From Octopus sinensis (lineage: Eukaryota): a stretch of DNA of 64,000 nt. The position numbers and the translations under genes were made by a program. The notes under the pieces were generated by a model, which searched no databases, was not told where the DNA came from, and saw only the letters and a program-made list of their open reading frames with translations. Shown piece by piece: positions 27,120 to 39,729 of this stretch. The stretch lies in contig NC_042998.1 of the NCBI RefSeq assembly GCF_006345805.1, positions 174,468,001 through 174,532,000 of the forward strand. The letters are read 5' to 3'. Each line of letters starts with the position of its first letter. Within the stretch, counting starts at the first letter, position 1.

Positions 27120-28480
27120 TTTCTTTATTAGCCACACAGGGCTGCACACAGATAGAACAAATTACAAGGTAGAGCTTTTCTTTTGAAGGTTTAAAAAAAA
27201 AAAAGGAAAGGGGGGAGTTTCAATCAAAAGGGATCGTAAAAGGAGAGAAAGAGGACAAAAAAGGGGGGGTTAAAAAAAAGGGAGGAGAGGAAAAAAAAAA
27301 AAAATTGATCAATAGGGATCGTTATCACAGAAATGTCAATATGAAGTGTAAAGGGGAGGACAGGTGAGGTTTACCCGTGGAAAGAAAAGACCACGGTAAC
27401 CTCGGTCAATGCAGTCACATTTTATATTTCTTTTTTTTTTTTTTTTTTGCAAATAAGCAAATCTCTGTTTTCAATTTCTGGGTTCATAGGATTATGCTCA
27501 AGGTGGCTTCGTCATTCATACGTGCCATTCTTGCTACATTCACCCATCTTTTTTTAAAACATTCGCTAGATAAAACTTGCCTCTCTACTCTCACTTTCCT
27601 TTTCAAGTGGTACTTGAAGAAGTTGATGAGAGATTGACCAGAGAGGAAAGTGTTTGTCTCCAATCCTTTCAGACGCGTCCACCAGATACATTCCTTCGCC
27701 ATAGCCACAAGGATGATGAAAATAGCTCTTCCTTCCCGTTTGAAGGAAGGAGGCGTGACAATATTGACGATAGACTCAGCTGATAAACCGACTCGTCCCA
27801 CACGTGACAGCAGTTGTTCGACAAAAGCCCACAGGTCGGAAATTGTTGGACACTGAACGAGTGCGTGCAGAACGGTTTCGTTGCTCTGACCGCATCTCGG
27901 GCAGGTCGGCCCCGTGTTTCTCGAGCCGTGTCTGTAGAGCTTATCCCGAACGGGTAGCGCTTCTCGGTAGCACTGCCAGGCCAGGGATCTCTGGAAGTTG
28001 TCCATGGCCCTGGCCCGAAAGTCGTCCTGAACAGGCGGGTCAGGTACTCCTCGTCGACGTCCAGGTTCGCCCCGAGCTCGTCGTCGTACCTCCCCTCCAC
28101 TAAACCCCTATAGAATGCTTTGGTTGTGTTGAAGTCACTTAAGGTCGACCCAGGACGGCAGAGTTGCTTGCGAGCAACGCGACACTCGCGGTGCCATTCG
28201 CCCTTCCTCGGCCTCTTTTTAATCCACGACTGCAGTTCGGTCATGGAGACGAGCTGCGGGAAAGCGTGCCTCACAAACGGCGACCACACCTGTTCACCGT
28301 CGTCTACATAGAGCCAGAGATGTCGCAGTCTCAGCGCGTATCTGCGCATCATCAACCACGGCATGCCCAGCCCTCCTTTTAACGGGTGTTGACAGCAAAA
28401 AAGGAGGGCTGGGCATGCCGTGGTTGATGATGCGCAGATACGCGCTGAGACTGCAACATCTCTGGCTCTATGTAGACGAC

Positions 28481-28481
<1 letters not shown>
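27120..28481 (-). mobile_element. 5'-truncated Tx1/L1-like retrotransposon with 83-bp 5' inverted duplication, embedded in (TATC)n
   Basis: ORF2 C-terminal CCHC (CPRCGQSNETVLHALVQCP); AATAAA then (TATC)n tail; hairpin arms 28298-28380 and 28399-28481; (GATA)n on both sides on the + strand. Confidence 0.92.
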
Positions 28482-28523
<42 letters not shown>

Positions 28524-28561
28524 GTGTACTTGAGTGTGGCTGCATGTGTACCTGCATACAA

Positions 28562-28593
<32 letters not shown>

Positions 28594-28895
28594 TTAATTC
28601 TTTTCTTTTTTTTACTCTAGATTTTTTTGCCTAGCGGTTAAATACATCAAGAAAGAATCGAATTTTAATAGTCTTGTACTAAAAGTACATTTATTTACAT
28701 AGCGAAAGACGTTTCCAAACACTGAAGACCAGTGTAAAGAAATAGATATTTAAAATAACATAAAGAAACGTGAAAGATCAATTTTTTTAAACCCTCGAGG
28801 CTTATTAATGCTTGGCGTTGACTGATTTTCAACAGATGTGGTAAAATTGTGCCATTTATGACATTGTTTGATACTTCACCATTGACTCTACTGTA

Positions 28896-29312
28896 ACTCT
28901 TTACTCTTTTACTCTTTTACTTGTTTCAGTCATTTGACTGCGGCCATGCTGGAGCACCGCCTTTAATCGAGCAACTCGACCCCGGGACTTATTCTTTTGT
29001 AAGCCCAGTACTTATTCTATCGGTCTCTTTTGCCGAACCGCTAAGTAACGGGGACATAAACACACCAGCATCGGTTGTCAAGCAATGCTAGGGGACAAAC
29101 ACAGACACACAAACACACACACGCATATACATATATATATACATATATACGACGGGATTCTTTCAGTTTCCGTCTACCAAATCCACTCACAAGGCTTTGG
29201 TCGGCCCGAGGCTATAGTAGAAGACACTTACCCAAGGTGCCACGCAGTGGGACTGAACCCGGAACCATGCGGTTGGTAGACAAGCTACTTACCACACAGC
29301 CACTCCTGCGCC
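28896..29312 (-). mobile_element. SINE group 1 full copy
   Basis: Reverse complement of 7621-8035. Confidence 0.9.
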
Positions 29313-29344
29313 TAAATTTGATAAATAACTCTTTACAGTATGTT

Positions 29345-29386
<42 letters not shown>

Positions 29387-29415
29387 TATATAGATATATA
29401 GATAAATAGATATAT

Positions 29416-29818
29416 AGATCCTGGAAGGAATTGTGCCAAATTTTGGCATTGAAAGCTACACCAATGCCAAACCGGGACGACACTGCATGGTGCCAAAGAT
29501 CCCAGCAATGCCATCACGCTTCAGGACCAGTTACTGCAACAGCCTGGTTTTCAAGGGCCCACAGCTTTTTAATATTCTCCCAAAGAGTCTGAGGAACTTG
29601 CACAGAGTAGATGTAGGGGTTTTTTAAATCAAAGCTGGACCTCTTCCTGTCGAGAGTCCCAGATGAGCCTACCTCGCGGGAAGAGGTGCAAATGAGGGTA
29701 GCAATATCAAACTCCATTCTTCATCAAGTGCCACATATTAGAGGAGGCTCCTAGTAATAACAGTGTAGCGCAAAACGGCGGTGCATCAGTATGGCCGCAG
29801 CTCTGAGCTGAAACTTTA
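29416..29818 (+). mobile_element. CR1 LINE 3' fragment after (TA)n
   Basis: ILEGIVPNFG...YCNSLVFKGPQLFNILPKSLR; same family as 8763-9940. Confidence 0.85.
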
Positions 29819-30989
29819 AATAAATATATATATATATAGTGACAGTGTACGTAATCGAAACAGCATTAAATTAACATATCAGAGTAAGGTGAACATCTTC
29901 CTAGAAGTGACTCACAAGATACCATACGCTTTTCTACCTCCTTTGGGCCCTGTTGATGAAGTGTACTTGCCAATCACATACCTATACAAAATATTCCACC
30001 GCGATATATAAGAAAAACATGAAACATACATTAGCTGATACTGTGGAATGCTTTCTGGGCTCAATAAAAGTCTTGTATAGGCAACTGAAACAGCATTAAA
30101 TTTGAATATCCATCAATGTATCGAACTTAACGAATATACACCGTTGAAAGTCATGATGCGGTGGAGTTTGAGAGAAAATCTCTAATTGACATGCTGTAAC
30201 AATAACACGACTTAAATCGGAGCGAGAACATCACCCCAACAGTGACCCACAAGAACGCCAGATGTGTTTCGGCTTCCTTTGGTCTTGTCAATGATGTATA
30301 ATTGAGGACAGATTTCGTCTAGGCATGTGACTGGCTGTTTTAATTTAACGTTGTTTCAGTTGTGTACACTCAGCACTTTCCGTAATATCAGTGGATGTGT
30401 TGCTCAGCATTTTCTATATATCGTGAGAAATGGGTGATTTCGTCTAGGCATGTAACTAGCAAGTACATATCACTAACAAAGCTCAAGAAGGCCGAAATGC
30501 ACCTGGGTTCTTGTGGGTCCCTACTGGGACAATGTTCGTCTCACTCCGATAGATATTGAATTGTTAACACATAATAAGATAATAAGATATTTTCTCCCAA
30601 ACAAAAACACAACACCTTGCCTTTCAACTTGTATATACGTTGAGTATGATACATAGATGGCTATATATTTCATTCAAAGATAAATCTTCACTCCGTCACG
30701 GCTCAGACGTTTCCTGTTTCTTGCATTGTTTTTCATTTTTAAAAAAATATTTTTGAGAACATCAGATTTTAAAAGGGGCTAAGAATGACAAACTCAGATT
30801 AACTATTGTGTAAACAACCACTCGACTAACAAGACGGACGTATTTTCTCTTCAGCTCTGCAAGCGTATGAATCAGTGTAAAATAATTTTCTTCGCCAGGT
30901 ACTGTAAATAGATATCAAATTCTCGCTTCACACATAACCACACTTATTAATATCTTTTTGGTTTCCTTTTTATGTTTGCATAGGCTAGA

Positions 30990-32886
30990 ATATGTTCTCT
31001 AGCATGGCATCTAACCGCTTGTTGCAATTCTTTTGTATCTCCCCTTGAGATCAATTTTCACCAGTTTTTCTGATGTTTTTTTGGCCTTCCACTTTTGCAG
31101 ATTTCTTCCACTTGGATCATTTTCTATTTCTTTACCTCTTATATGTTATCTCCTATATCTCACAGTTCCATGCCAGTTCAGTTTTCTTTTTAACATACTA
31201 AATCTAATTTCTCATATGCACAGGTTTTTTTCTCGGTTCAGTTATCTTCCGTCATTCATGCATACTAGCATTACACATTCGAGGCATTCGTCTTATCCAT
31301 TTCCAAATTTTACACATTATCTGCATTCAAAGCCCATATTTCGCTACAATGTATCATTGTATACATGCTTCATACAATCAGACCTTTCCTTGGACAGAAA
31401 TTGCTTGTTGCCAACAGAGGTAATGACCACTGAACTTTTCCCACCCCGTTCTTATTCTAGATACTCTACTTTCACAATACCCACCTCCACTAGTAATTTG
31501 GTCGCGTAAATACAGAAGTGATCGACTACTTCTTGTGAACCCATTGGGTGGTTGAAGAGAATTTCGTAGGTGCCCTGAGAGCTTATTACTCCTGTAAAAC
31601 GGCTATATACCAAGGCCTTCTTCTCTGTCTATGATCACATTGCGCCTCTTGTATAACTACTGTTGGAATCACTTTATGGATTTTTTACTGACACCTTTTC
31701 TCCAAATCAAACATGACCACTTTCAAATGAATGTATATGTGTGTATACGTGTATGTGTGTACGTGTATGTACGTAGGTATATTTCCTGCTACCTAACATA
31801 CCTGTCTTTAAGATTTCTTCCACATTCGAAAATTCTTATTCTTTGATGGATTTAGCAGTGAGAACTAAAACATTTGCATGGAGAATTCTCACTGACAACC
31901 GGTCTTAAACTCGTCTGTCATTATCAGACTATAATAAGCAAGAGAGAGGCTGGTTCTTACGGACACTACTTTTGCGGTAAATTCTTCGTTGAATTCGTTA
32001 CTAAATCATGCTTTTCTGCTTGTATCTTCGTACATAACTTACACGGCTCTCTTATAATCATTTATACTTACATCTAGTTTTCTTAGCATCAACTAGACTA
32101 CATCAGTGTGCTAGTAGCTTGCATTTTGCATAGAACTTTTGTAATTGTCTCGCGAGAAAGACGAACTCTTTCCTGGCAGAAACTCGAACTGCGTCTTATC
32201 TAAGCTAATCCTCTACCTAATCAGGTGTCATAACCATTTCTATAGCTCTCATAAGTTGCTCCACTTCTGTGGTTGATTGCACTGCAGCATCAGTCATCGA
32301 AATTATTCCTTTCTATACCATACTAGCAGTATCGCCCGGCGTTGCTCAGGTTTGTAAGGGAAATAACTATAAAGCATTTTTAGAGAGTTATAGCCAAAAA
32401 ACAGCAAAAAAATGGGAAAAAATGATGGTAAATTTTTTTTTGATAGTTAAAAAAGGTGGAGTTGCGTCCCCTACACAGTTTGTGGTTTGTGTTCCTGATT
32501 CTCGACCCCATGTCGAATTTATCGATTTTTTTCAGAACTGGGGGAACTTTTCAAAATTTTCGCTGCGTTAGTTTTGAATTATGACATTGGGCTATGTGTG
32601 TGTCAAGTTTCATCTGAATCGGTTGAAAGCCGTGGTCAGGGTGAGGGTACAAGCAAACAGACACACAGAAACACGCACAGACAAACTGCCGTTTATATAG
32701 AGAGAGATGACTGACTGCCTATGCGAGTGACAAAACAATGTTCTACTTTACCGGATGTTTTTAACCTTTCAGTAACTATCCCTGGTGCGGTGCGGGTGCT
32801 TTCCTTGCTTTTATATCCTTAATGAACATTTCGACCAAATAGCAGTCAATTTTAATAGTAGGTCTCTCTCGTCGAGTTTGCTTTGG

Positions 32887-32936
<50 letters not shown>

Positions 32937-33520
32937 TTCTCCATGCATATTTCTCATTCAGCAACCTCCCGTAGAATTTCCATGCCTCTATCTCCATTTC
33001 AGTGATGGCGAATGCATAGCTAACACTAAATATTCACTTTTTAACAAAGTGAATATTTATGCTGCATTGCAGTCCATAACACCTCATATGCTTCTGTTAT
33101 TCCCCTTGCAAAACAATAGTAAACCTCTCGGTTTCTGCATCTCACCTTGCTAAACATACCTATCTAATTTCTCTTCAGTTGTTCTTTGCTCAGCCTTCCA
33201 TTCTTTCCAAGCTTGTCTCTTAGCATTTGTGGTTGTCTATCGTGCCGTTCCACCGTCATGCCACTTTCCTAGAAACTTGCTCCACCCACAAATCTAAAGA
33301 GTGGTTTACAGCAGACTAAGTCGCAGAAGCGTCTTGTCTTTGCTGTCATAATATTCTGTTTTGTATTCTTTCTCGGTAAATTCGTCACTTAGTACTTCTT
33401 TGAACCTAAGTGTGACTGGAAAATCTTTTACCTTCTATATCTTCTTTCTTCAGATTTCCTTCTGTCTCAGAGTGTGTCCAGCTCTTTTTCTGATGCCATT
33501 AATCACTAGCCTGTACTGAG
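30990..33520 (-). mobile_element. Old fragmented RTE-clade LINE remnant, interrupted by a Helitron
   Basis: Patchy RTE-like translations (WWN..ID near 33250, EAWKFYGRLLNEKYAW near 32960, C-terminal LRW.G-like region near 31150); many stops. Confidence 0.6.
32323..32707 (-). mobile_element. Non-autonomous Helitron (385 bp)
   Basis: Minus strand starts A|TCTCTC, ends hairpin CCTGAGCAACGCCGGG...CTAG|T; inserted between A and T with no TSD. Confidence 0.85.
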
Positions 33521-34544
33521 TGGAGTATTATTCGCTACGGAAAGACTTAATATTCGGGTGAAATCTAAATGCCTTACTTGGCTAAACGATTTCATGAAAT
33601 TACAGAGCACCAAGGGACTTGATCCCAATTTTTCCGCGTACCATAATCAGAAACTCTCAGAATATCAAGACAGTCAACATGATATTGGCAAAAATGCCCA
33701 CTAAATCCAACAGCTTTAATAATGCAGTCACTGATGTTTGTAATCAATTCAGACTACAAGTGGGTTTTAAGCAAATGGTTATTTTGCAACTGTCGGTCAT
33801 GGTTGTGTTGTGTTGCATACGCAGAGATCGTTATTGCTATCGTGTTGCCTGTGACTAAGGTAAGCTTCATTACACCACCACCACCACCATACACACACAC
33901 ATACATACACGCATGCACACACACACACACACACACACACATACGTAAGTATGTATGTACATTTTCTCTTCCTTCACAATCTTACATATGCGCATATAAC
34001 TAATTATTCAGGTTCTTTTTTTTCTGTCACTACGCATAATATCCATGTGATTTAACAAACATTATCCGAATATATACATATATATATACGTACATACATA
34101 CATACATACATACATACATACATACATACATACATACATACACATATTTGCGTGTGTGTGTGTGAGAGGGAGAATAAATTATGGATTCATTTCTTAATTG
34201 CTTAGTATATAATTAACTAGACATCATTTTCAGTCATAAAATCTATTGTCCAAAATGAGAAACAATATCAGTAAAACTGTGAATGTGCGTCTCTCACCAA
34301 AAAGAGAAAGAAAAACAACTTGATAATTTATTAATTAATCAGTTAACTGGCTAATTAATTACACACGTCCAATGTGTACATCTCCTCAATATAGTTAGAA
34401 ACATTTCAAGTGTTGTAACAACCATAGCTCGAGAGAAAATGATAAACTCCTAGATAAATGTTTATCTTAATCCTCATAAAGACAGTTTAACATAGAGTAT
34501 CTGCTATAAAATCCCTCCTTATCTTGCTTCACTTGATTATAGCA

Positions 34545-34950
34545 GAACTATTCAATTCAATTCAATCTTTATTGGCTCAAAAAGCAAAAGCAAGGCCATG
34601 TAGGGAGACAGGGAGTTATGTACAGGGAGGGTGGTCATACAAAGAGTTCAGGACATTTCTGGTCAAGAGAGACTTTGAACCGAGCGGTCGTCGGCATCTT
34701 CACTATCTCATCCGGCAGCTTATTCCACGGATCCGCAACCCAGACGGAGAAAGCCCCTCTCCTTCGATTGAGATGAAATCGTCGTAGATAGAGTTTTTCG
34801 GAGTGACCCCGCAGCCCACGCTCCGGAGTAGGAGTGAAGAACAGCTCTTTCGAGAGGTTACACTTTCCGCTTATGATGTTGTGAGCGAGAATGAGATCAC
34901 CCCACGGCGGCGTCGTTTTTCGAGAGAATAAAGGTCGAGCGTCTTCTACA
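34545..34950 (-). mobile_element. CR1-clade LINE 3' end (second family) with (ATTGA)n tail
   Basis: RRRRGDLILAHNII...GHSEKL...FSVWVADPWNKLP; AATAAA then ATTGAATTGAATTG. Confidence 0.8.
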
Positions 34951-35900
34951 TAACGAACTGAACATAGACTTAAAAAACATATCCATCTAGCATCATCTAA
35001 TGCGGAAATTCATGGGATAAATAGAAATTTTTCTGGAGAGCAGTTCGCCACTCAATCACATTTCATCTGACCCCACCTTTCAGTCTGGGATTGCATCAAC
35101 AACGAACTAATACCTAGCTATAGCGGCAACAATCTCTAAGTATTCCTGAATTTGGTGGTAGAAAGTAAGTCTGGCCAGCTCATACTATAAAACACAAGAA
35201 TGTTATCATCTTCATCATCGTGATATGAAATCCACTTTCCGCGCTGACATGAATAGGACGAGTTTAAGTTTAAGTAATTTTTTACTCTGAGTTACTGTTC
35301 TCCTAGGCGTGATCGAGGAACCATGTTTCTCTCGTACGTCTCCATTTTGGAGCGTTTGATACAGTTGGTTGCCCTTTATAGTACCAATCACTTAACATTG
35401 TGTACTGGGTGCATTGTATTGTGGCACCAGCACAAGATATTTTGTCATATCGTCCACAAAACATGACGAAAGGTTTTCTCGATCCTATGATGTCTTGGCC
35501 CGTTCGTCAGATATTTTCAAAGTGTACTGGGCACATCATTATCGCAGCACTTGCAATAGTGAGGATGACTTGTAACCGTGACCCTCACTGCTCTATGTTG
35601 TCTCCATTCCATGAGTTGGTAGAGATGAGGGGAATTGTAGAAGATGAACTGGAGTAAGAGGATGCAAAAGAAAGAATAAGATGGACGAAAGAGATTGATT
35701 GGAGTGATGGAAGAGAGATGGAAAAATAGTAAAAATGGTGCGAGAGGAGTGATGAAAAGTATTAAAGTTTCTAACAAAAGGATAGTTATAGCATAGGGCA
35801 AATAGTAGCTACATGTTAGCGGGTAAAGGAGAGAGAGCATGACGGATAGTCATAGAAATGGTCACTAGTCAGAGAGTTTTATATAGAAGACATTATCATA

Positions 35901-36296
35901 GGCGCAGGAGTGGCTGTGTGGTAAGAAGCTTGCTTACCAGCCACATGGTTCCGGGTTCAGTCCCACTGCGGGGCAACTTGAGCAAGTGTCTTCTACTATA
36001 GCCTCGGGCCGATCAAAGCCTTATGAGTGGATTTGGTAGACGGAAACTGAAAGAATCCCGTCGTATATATGTATATGTATGTATATTTGTGTCTGTTTGT
36101 GTGTCTGTGTTTGTCCCCCCAACATCGCTTGATAACTGATGCTGGTGTGTTTACGTCCCCGTAACTTAGCGGTTCGGCAAAAGAGGCCGATAGAATAGGT
36201 ACTAGGCTTACAAAGAATAAGTCCTGGGGTCAATTTGCTCGACTTAAGGTGATACTCCAGTATGGCCGCAGTCAAATGACTAAAACAAGTAAAAGT
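35901..36296 (+). mobile_element. SINE group 1 full copy
   Basis: Homology to 7621-8035. Confidence 0.9.
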
Positions 36297-37124
36297 GTAT
36301 ATAAAAAGTATCTGTAAATTTGAATCGACAAAGTCATTAACAGCAAAGAGAACAGCCATAACTGCCCACTCTACACCCGTATGTTGAAGATTTGTGAATG
36401 GTACTTGTCCACACAAGTAAAACCGTAAAAGACTATCAAACTCAAATACTGTCCCAAATAAAAATTTATAGACCTGTTACCAAATAAGAATGCACAAAAG
36501 GAAATAAATATACTTTTTCCAGTAGATATTCTGTCAGTGAGAGCCTGTTGAACAAGGAATGCACTTTCACTATTTAAAAGGTACAGATCGAAAAGTAAGT
36601 AACAGTTAGCAATTTAGAAGTAGAGCAAAACAATTTAAAACAACATTCCTCATAATACTGATCCTCGGAAAACTCCATCAAACAGAAAGAACAGCTTTAA
36701 CAACGTCTACTCTCCAAATATAATGGACAGGTAGAAATGAAACACTTTCACGAAAGCATAACCAGAGATAACTCTGTTTTACTAACATACCTGGAATACA
36801 TGAAATCAAGTCGGGACCTTCAAATCCAAAATGTCTATTAATATCCGCTTAACACTTGAAATACAAACTCAACAATCACTCAAATACTACCCTACAAAAC
36901 AATTACTAAACCAACAAATAATGATTACATAACAAGGACTATAACACCTGCTGCATACACGGCAATCATCTGAATATCTTAGAAATAATCATACGTGGTC
37001 TTATATCCAGCAAAGACGAAACCACCAATTTATGCTCTACAGAGAGGTTTTCTATAAAATTACCATAGAAACTCTCCTGGATCCAACAATCCTTAATAGG
37101 TCTGACTTCATTGCAGTTCCATGA

Positions 37125-37417
37125 TTGTTTGTTCCTTCTCGAGCCACGCCTACTCCCGGTTTCCTTGGCATATGGGTTCCCCACTTGGACGGGACGCCGG
37201 TCCGTCGCAGGTGAGCTGCAAGATGCAAGAGGAAAGAGTGAGAGAAAGTTGTGGCGAAAGAGTCAGCAGAAGTTCGCCATTACCTTCTGCCGGAGCCGCG
37301 TGGAACTTAGATGTTTCGCTCATAAACACACGCAACGCACAGTCTGAGATTCGATTCGAACCCGTGATCCCTCGACCGCGAGTCCGCTGCTCTAACAACT
37401 AGGCCGTGTGCCTCCAC
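37125..37417 (-). mobile_element. SINE group 2 variant (V-domain-like half) with 12-bp TSD
   Basis: TSD GCAGTTCCATGA at 37113-37124 and 37418-37429. Confidence 0.9.
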
Positions 37418-37984
37418 GCAGTTCCATGATACTATAAGTAATTGTGCTTCAGAGAAGATCTTGTGATGATATCAAGTAATGGCACTGCTCAGTACAACCT
37501 AGAAAAGTCCAAGTAAAAGAGCAAAAAAATCTAATGCTCCAGAAACTTCTAGTCAGTGCTGCCCACAAACAACTCAGAGCTGACATGGATACAATGCATC
37601 GTCTTGAATCAAACACATTCTGTGTACAGTTTGCTATACATCCAGAAAACTTTAATCCCCAAAACTGAACAACGACCGTTGCTGATCATCACACATAACT
37701 TACTAACAAACTTCATTAACAGTACATAGTAAATGAACCAGCAACAGAAGACAATGCTTATGTTCTTGTTCTGAGATACATTCCTGTATGTGCCAAAATT
37801 TTAACTCGCCTGGGTACCTCAGACCATAACCCCAGTGCTACTAAAACCGAATGTTCCTGTGTATCTGAACAAATCAGATAAAAAGAGATTTGGTTTAGCA
37901 AAAGAGCACACTTAGTAGGACATGGTACCCACTTTATATCTGTTGACTGATCAGTTACATTTAAAGAAAAAGATATTATAAATA

Positions 37985-38053
37985 CGTGACGTATATTTGC
38001 CATTTAAATATGGCTAACCCCTAACCATATTTAAATGGCAAATATACGTCACG
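37985..38053. repeat. Perfect hairpin, 29-bp arms, loop CTAACCCCTAA
   Basis: Arms 37985-38013 and 38025-38053 are exact reverse complements. Confidence 0.95.
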
Positions 38054-38459
38054 ATGTGTTGCAGCTACTGTTTATAACTCGCTCTAAGATTTATTATTGC
38101 ATTATTATAAATAATCTGTAATTAAAGAAACGAACATATTTGTCTGTCTTTTAAGTTATTTTATTATCATTTCCTATACATTTAAGGTAAAAATTGTTGC
38201 CATCAATATGGACGGCACAGGTCTATTAATATATTATTTAACACACTAAAATCACCATCATTAAGTATTAACTGAATCGTCTATCTTAAACATTTAGCAA
38301 TGCAATCATTTGATACATTTAGATGTTTTCGTACTGTTGCTGCCCATCTAAAATTCTTCTACGTTGTTAATTTATTCTGGTTTCATTAATGAAACATGAC
38401 AGGCAATTTGTCAGAAATGTTTACAATCAGTGGCAATGACTTCAGCAAAACCGATTCAT

Positions 38460-38510
<51 letters not shown>

Positions 38511-38554
38511 GTAAAAAGAAGAAGAACAACAACAATAATAATAATCCTTTCTAC

Positions 38555-38941
38555 TAGAAGCACAAGGCCTCAAATTTGTGGGGAGGGGACTAGTCGATTA
38601 CATCGACCCCAGTGCGTAACTGCTACTTATTTAATCGACCCCGAAAGGATGAAAGGCAAAGTCGGCCTCGGCGGAATTTGAACTCAGAACGTAGCGGCAG
38701 ACTAAATACCTATTTCTTTACTGCCCACAAGGGGCTACACACAGAGGGGACAAACAAGGACAGACAAGCGGATTAAGTCGATTACATCGAATCCCAGTGC
38801 GTAACTGGTACTTATTTAATCGACCCCGAAAGGATAAAAGGCAAAGTCGACCTCGGCGGAATCTGAACTCAGAACGTAGCGGCAGACGAAATACCGCAAA
38901 GCATTTCGTCCGGCGTACTAACGTTTCTGCCAGCACGCCAC
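38555..38941 (-). mobile_element. SINE group 3 with internal tandem duplication
   Basis: Same ~190-bp unit duplicated as in 16577-16860 and 56961-57397. Confidence 0.85.
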
Positions 38942-39009
38942 ATTAGAAGAAGAAGAAGAAGAAGGAGGAGGAGGGGGAGGAGGGGGAGGAGGGGGAGGAG
39001 GGGGGAGGA

Positions 39010-39450
39010 TTCAGTGCGATCACATGACCAGACATCGGAAGCCGGACATTGTTGTGATGAGTAAAAAAGAAAGAACAAGCATGGTAATCGACATAGCATA
39101 TCCCGGTGAGAATAGGTTCAAAGAGAAAGAAGGAAAATAAACAACTATGACGATTTGAAGTGGGAAATACGAAAGTCGTAGTCAATGAAGAGAGTGCACG
39201 TGATACCAATAGTCATTGTCGGACTTGGAAGTATCAGCACTCAACTACCAGCATGACTCAAAAAGATTGATAAAAGTGTGAAGGTATAACACCGACAAAA
39301 ATCAGCATTGCTTGGAACCGCAAGAATTCTTCGCAGGCTTCTTGAAGCACGACCAGTAAACAAGTGTCACCTTAGTCTGTCGGATATATGGACAGCTGAC
39401 ACTTTCCATTATACCCAGCAAAATAAGCTGTGAGTTTTCCTCACATAATA
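39010..39450 (+). mobile_element. R4/Dong-like (restriction-like endonuclease) LINE 3' fragment
   Basis: IQCDHMTRHRKPDIVV...MVIDIAYPGE...VIPIVIVGLG...QKSALLGTARILRRLLE (PD..D REL motif) with stops. Confidence 0.8.
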
Positions 39451-39729
39451 ATAATAAAAGGTACTTCACATATCTTACATAAAATCCTCTGCATCTGAAT
39501 ACAATCTTATTCATTAAGTCAGATTATAAATTTTTAAGAAGGATTTTTTCTAACACACATACATTAGTTTTTGACTGCACAGTAACCCACCTGTTTGAAT
39601 CTTTAGAAGCGAAACTTGTCCCATGACGTCTCTGGTTGAGAATTGTACATATCAAAGCAAAAGCAAAGAATATAAATGATAATACCAGTTGAACTTGAAG
39701 AGAGAGCATGATAGAAAAAGCTTAATTGG

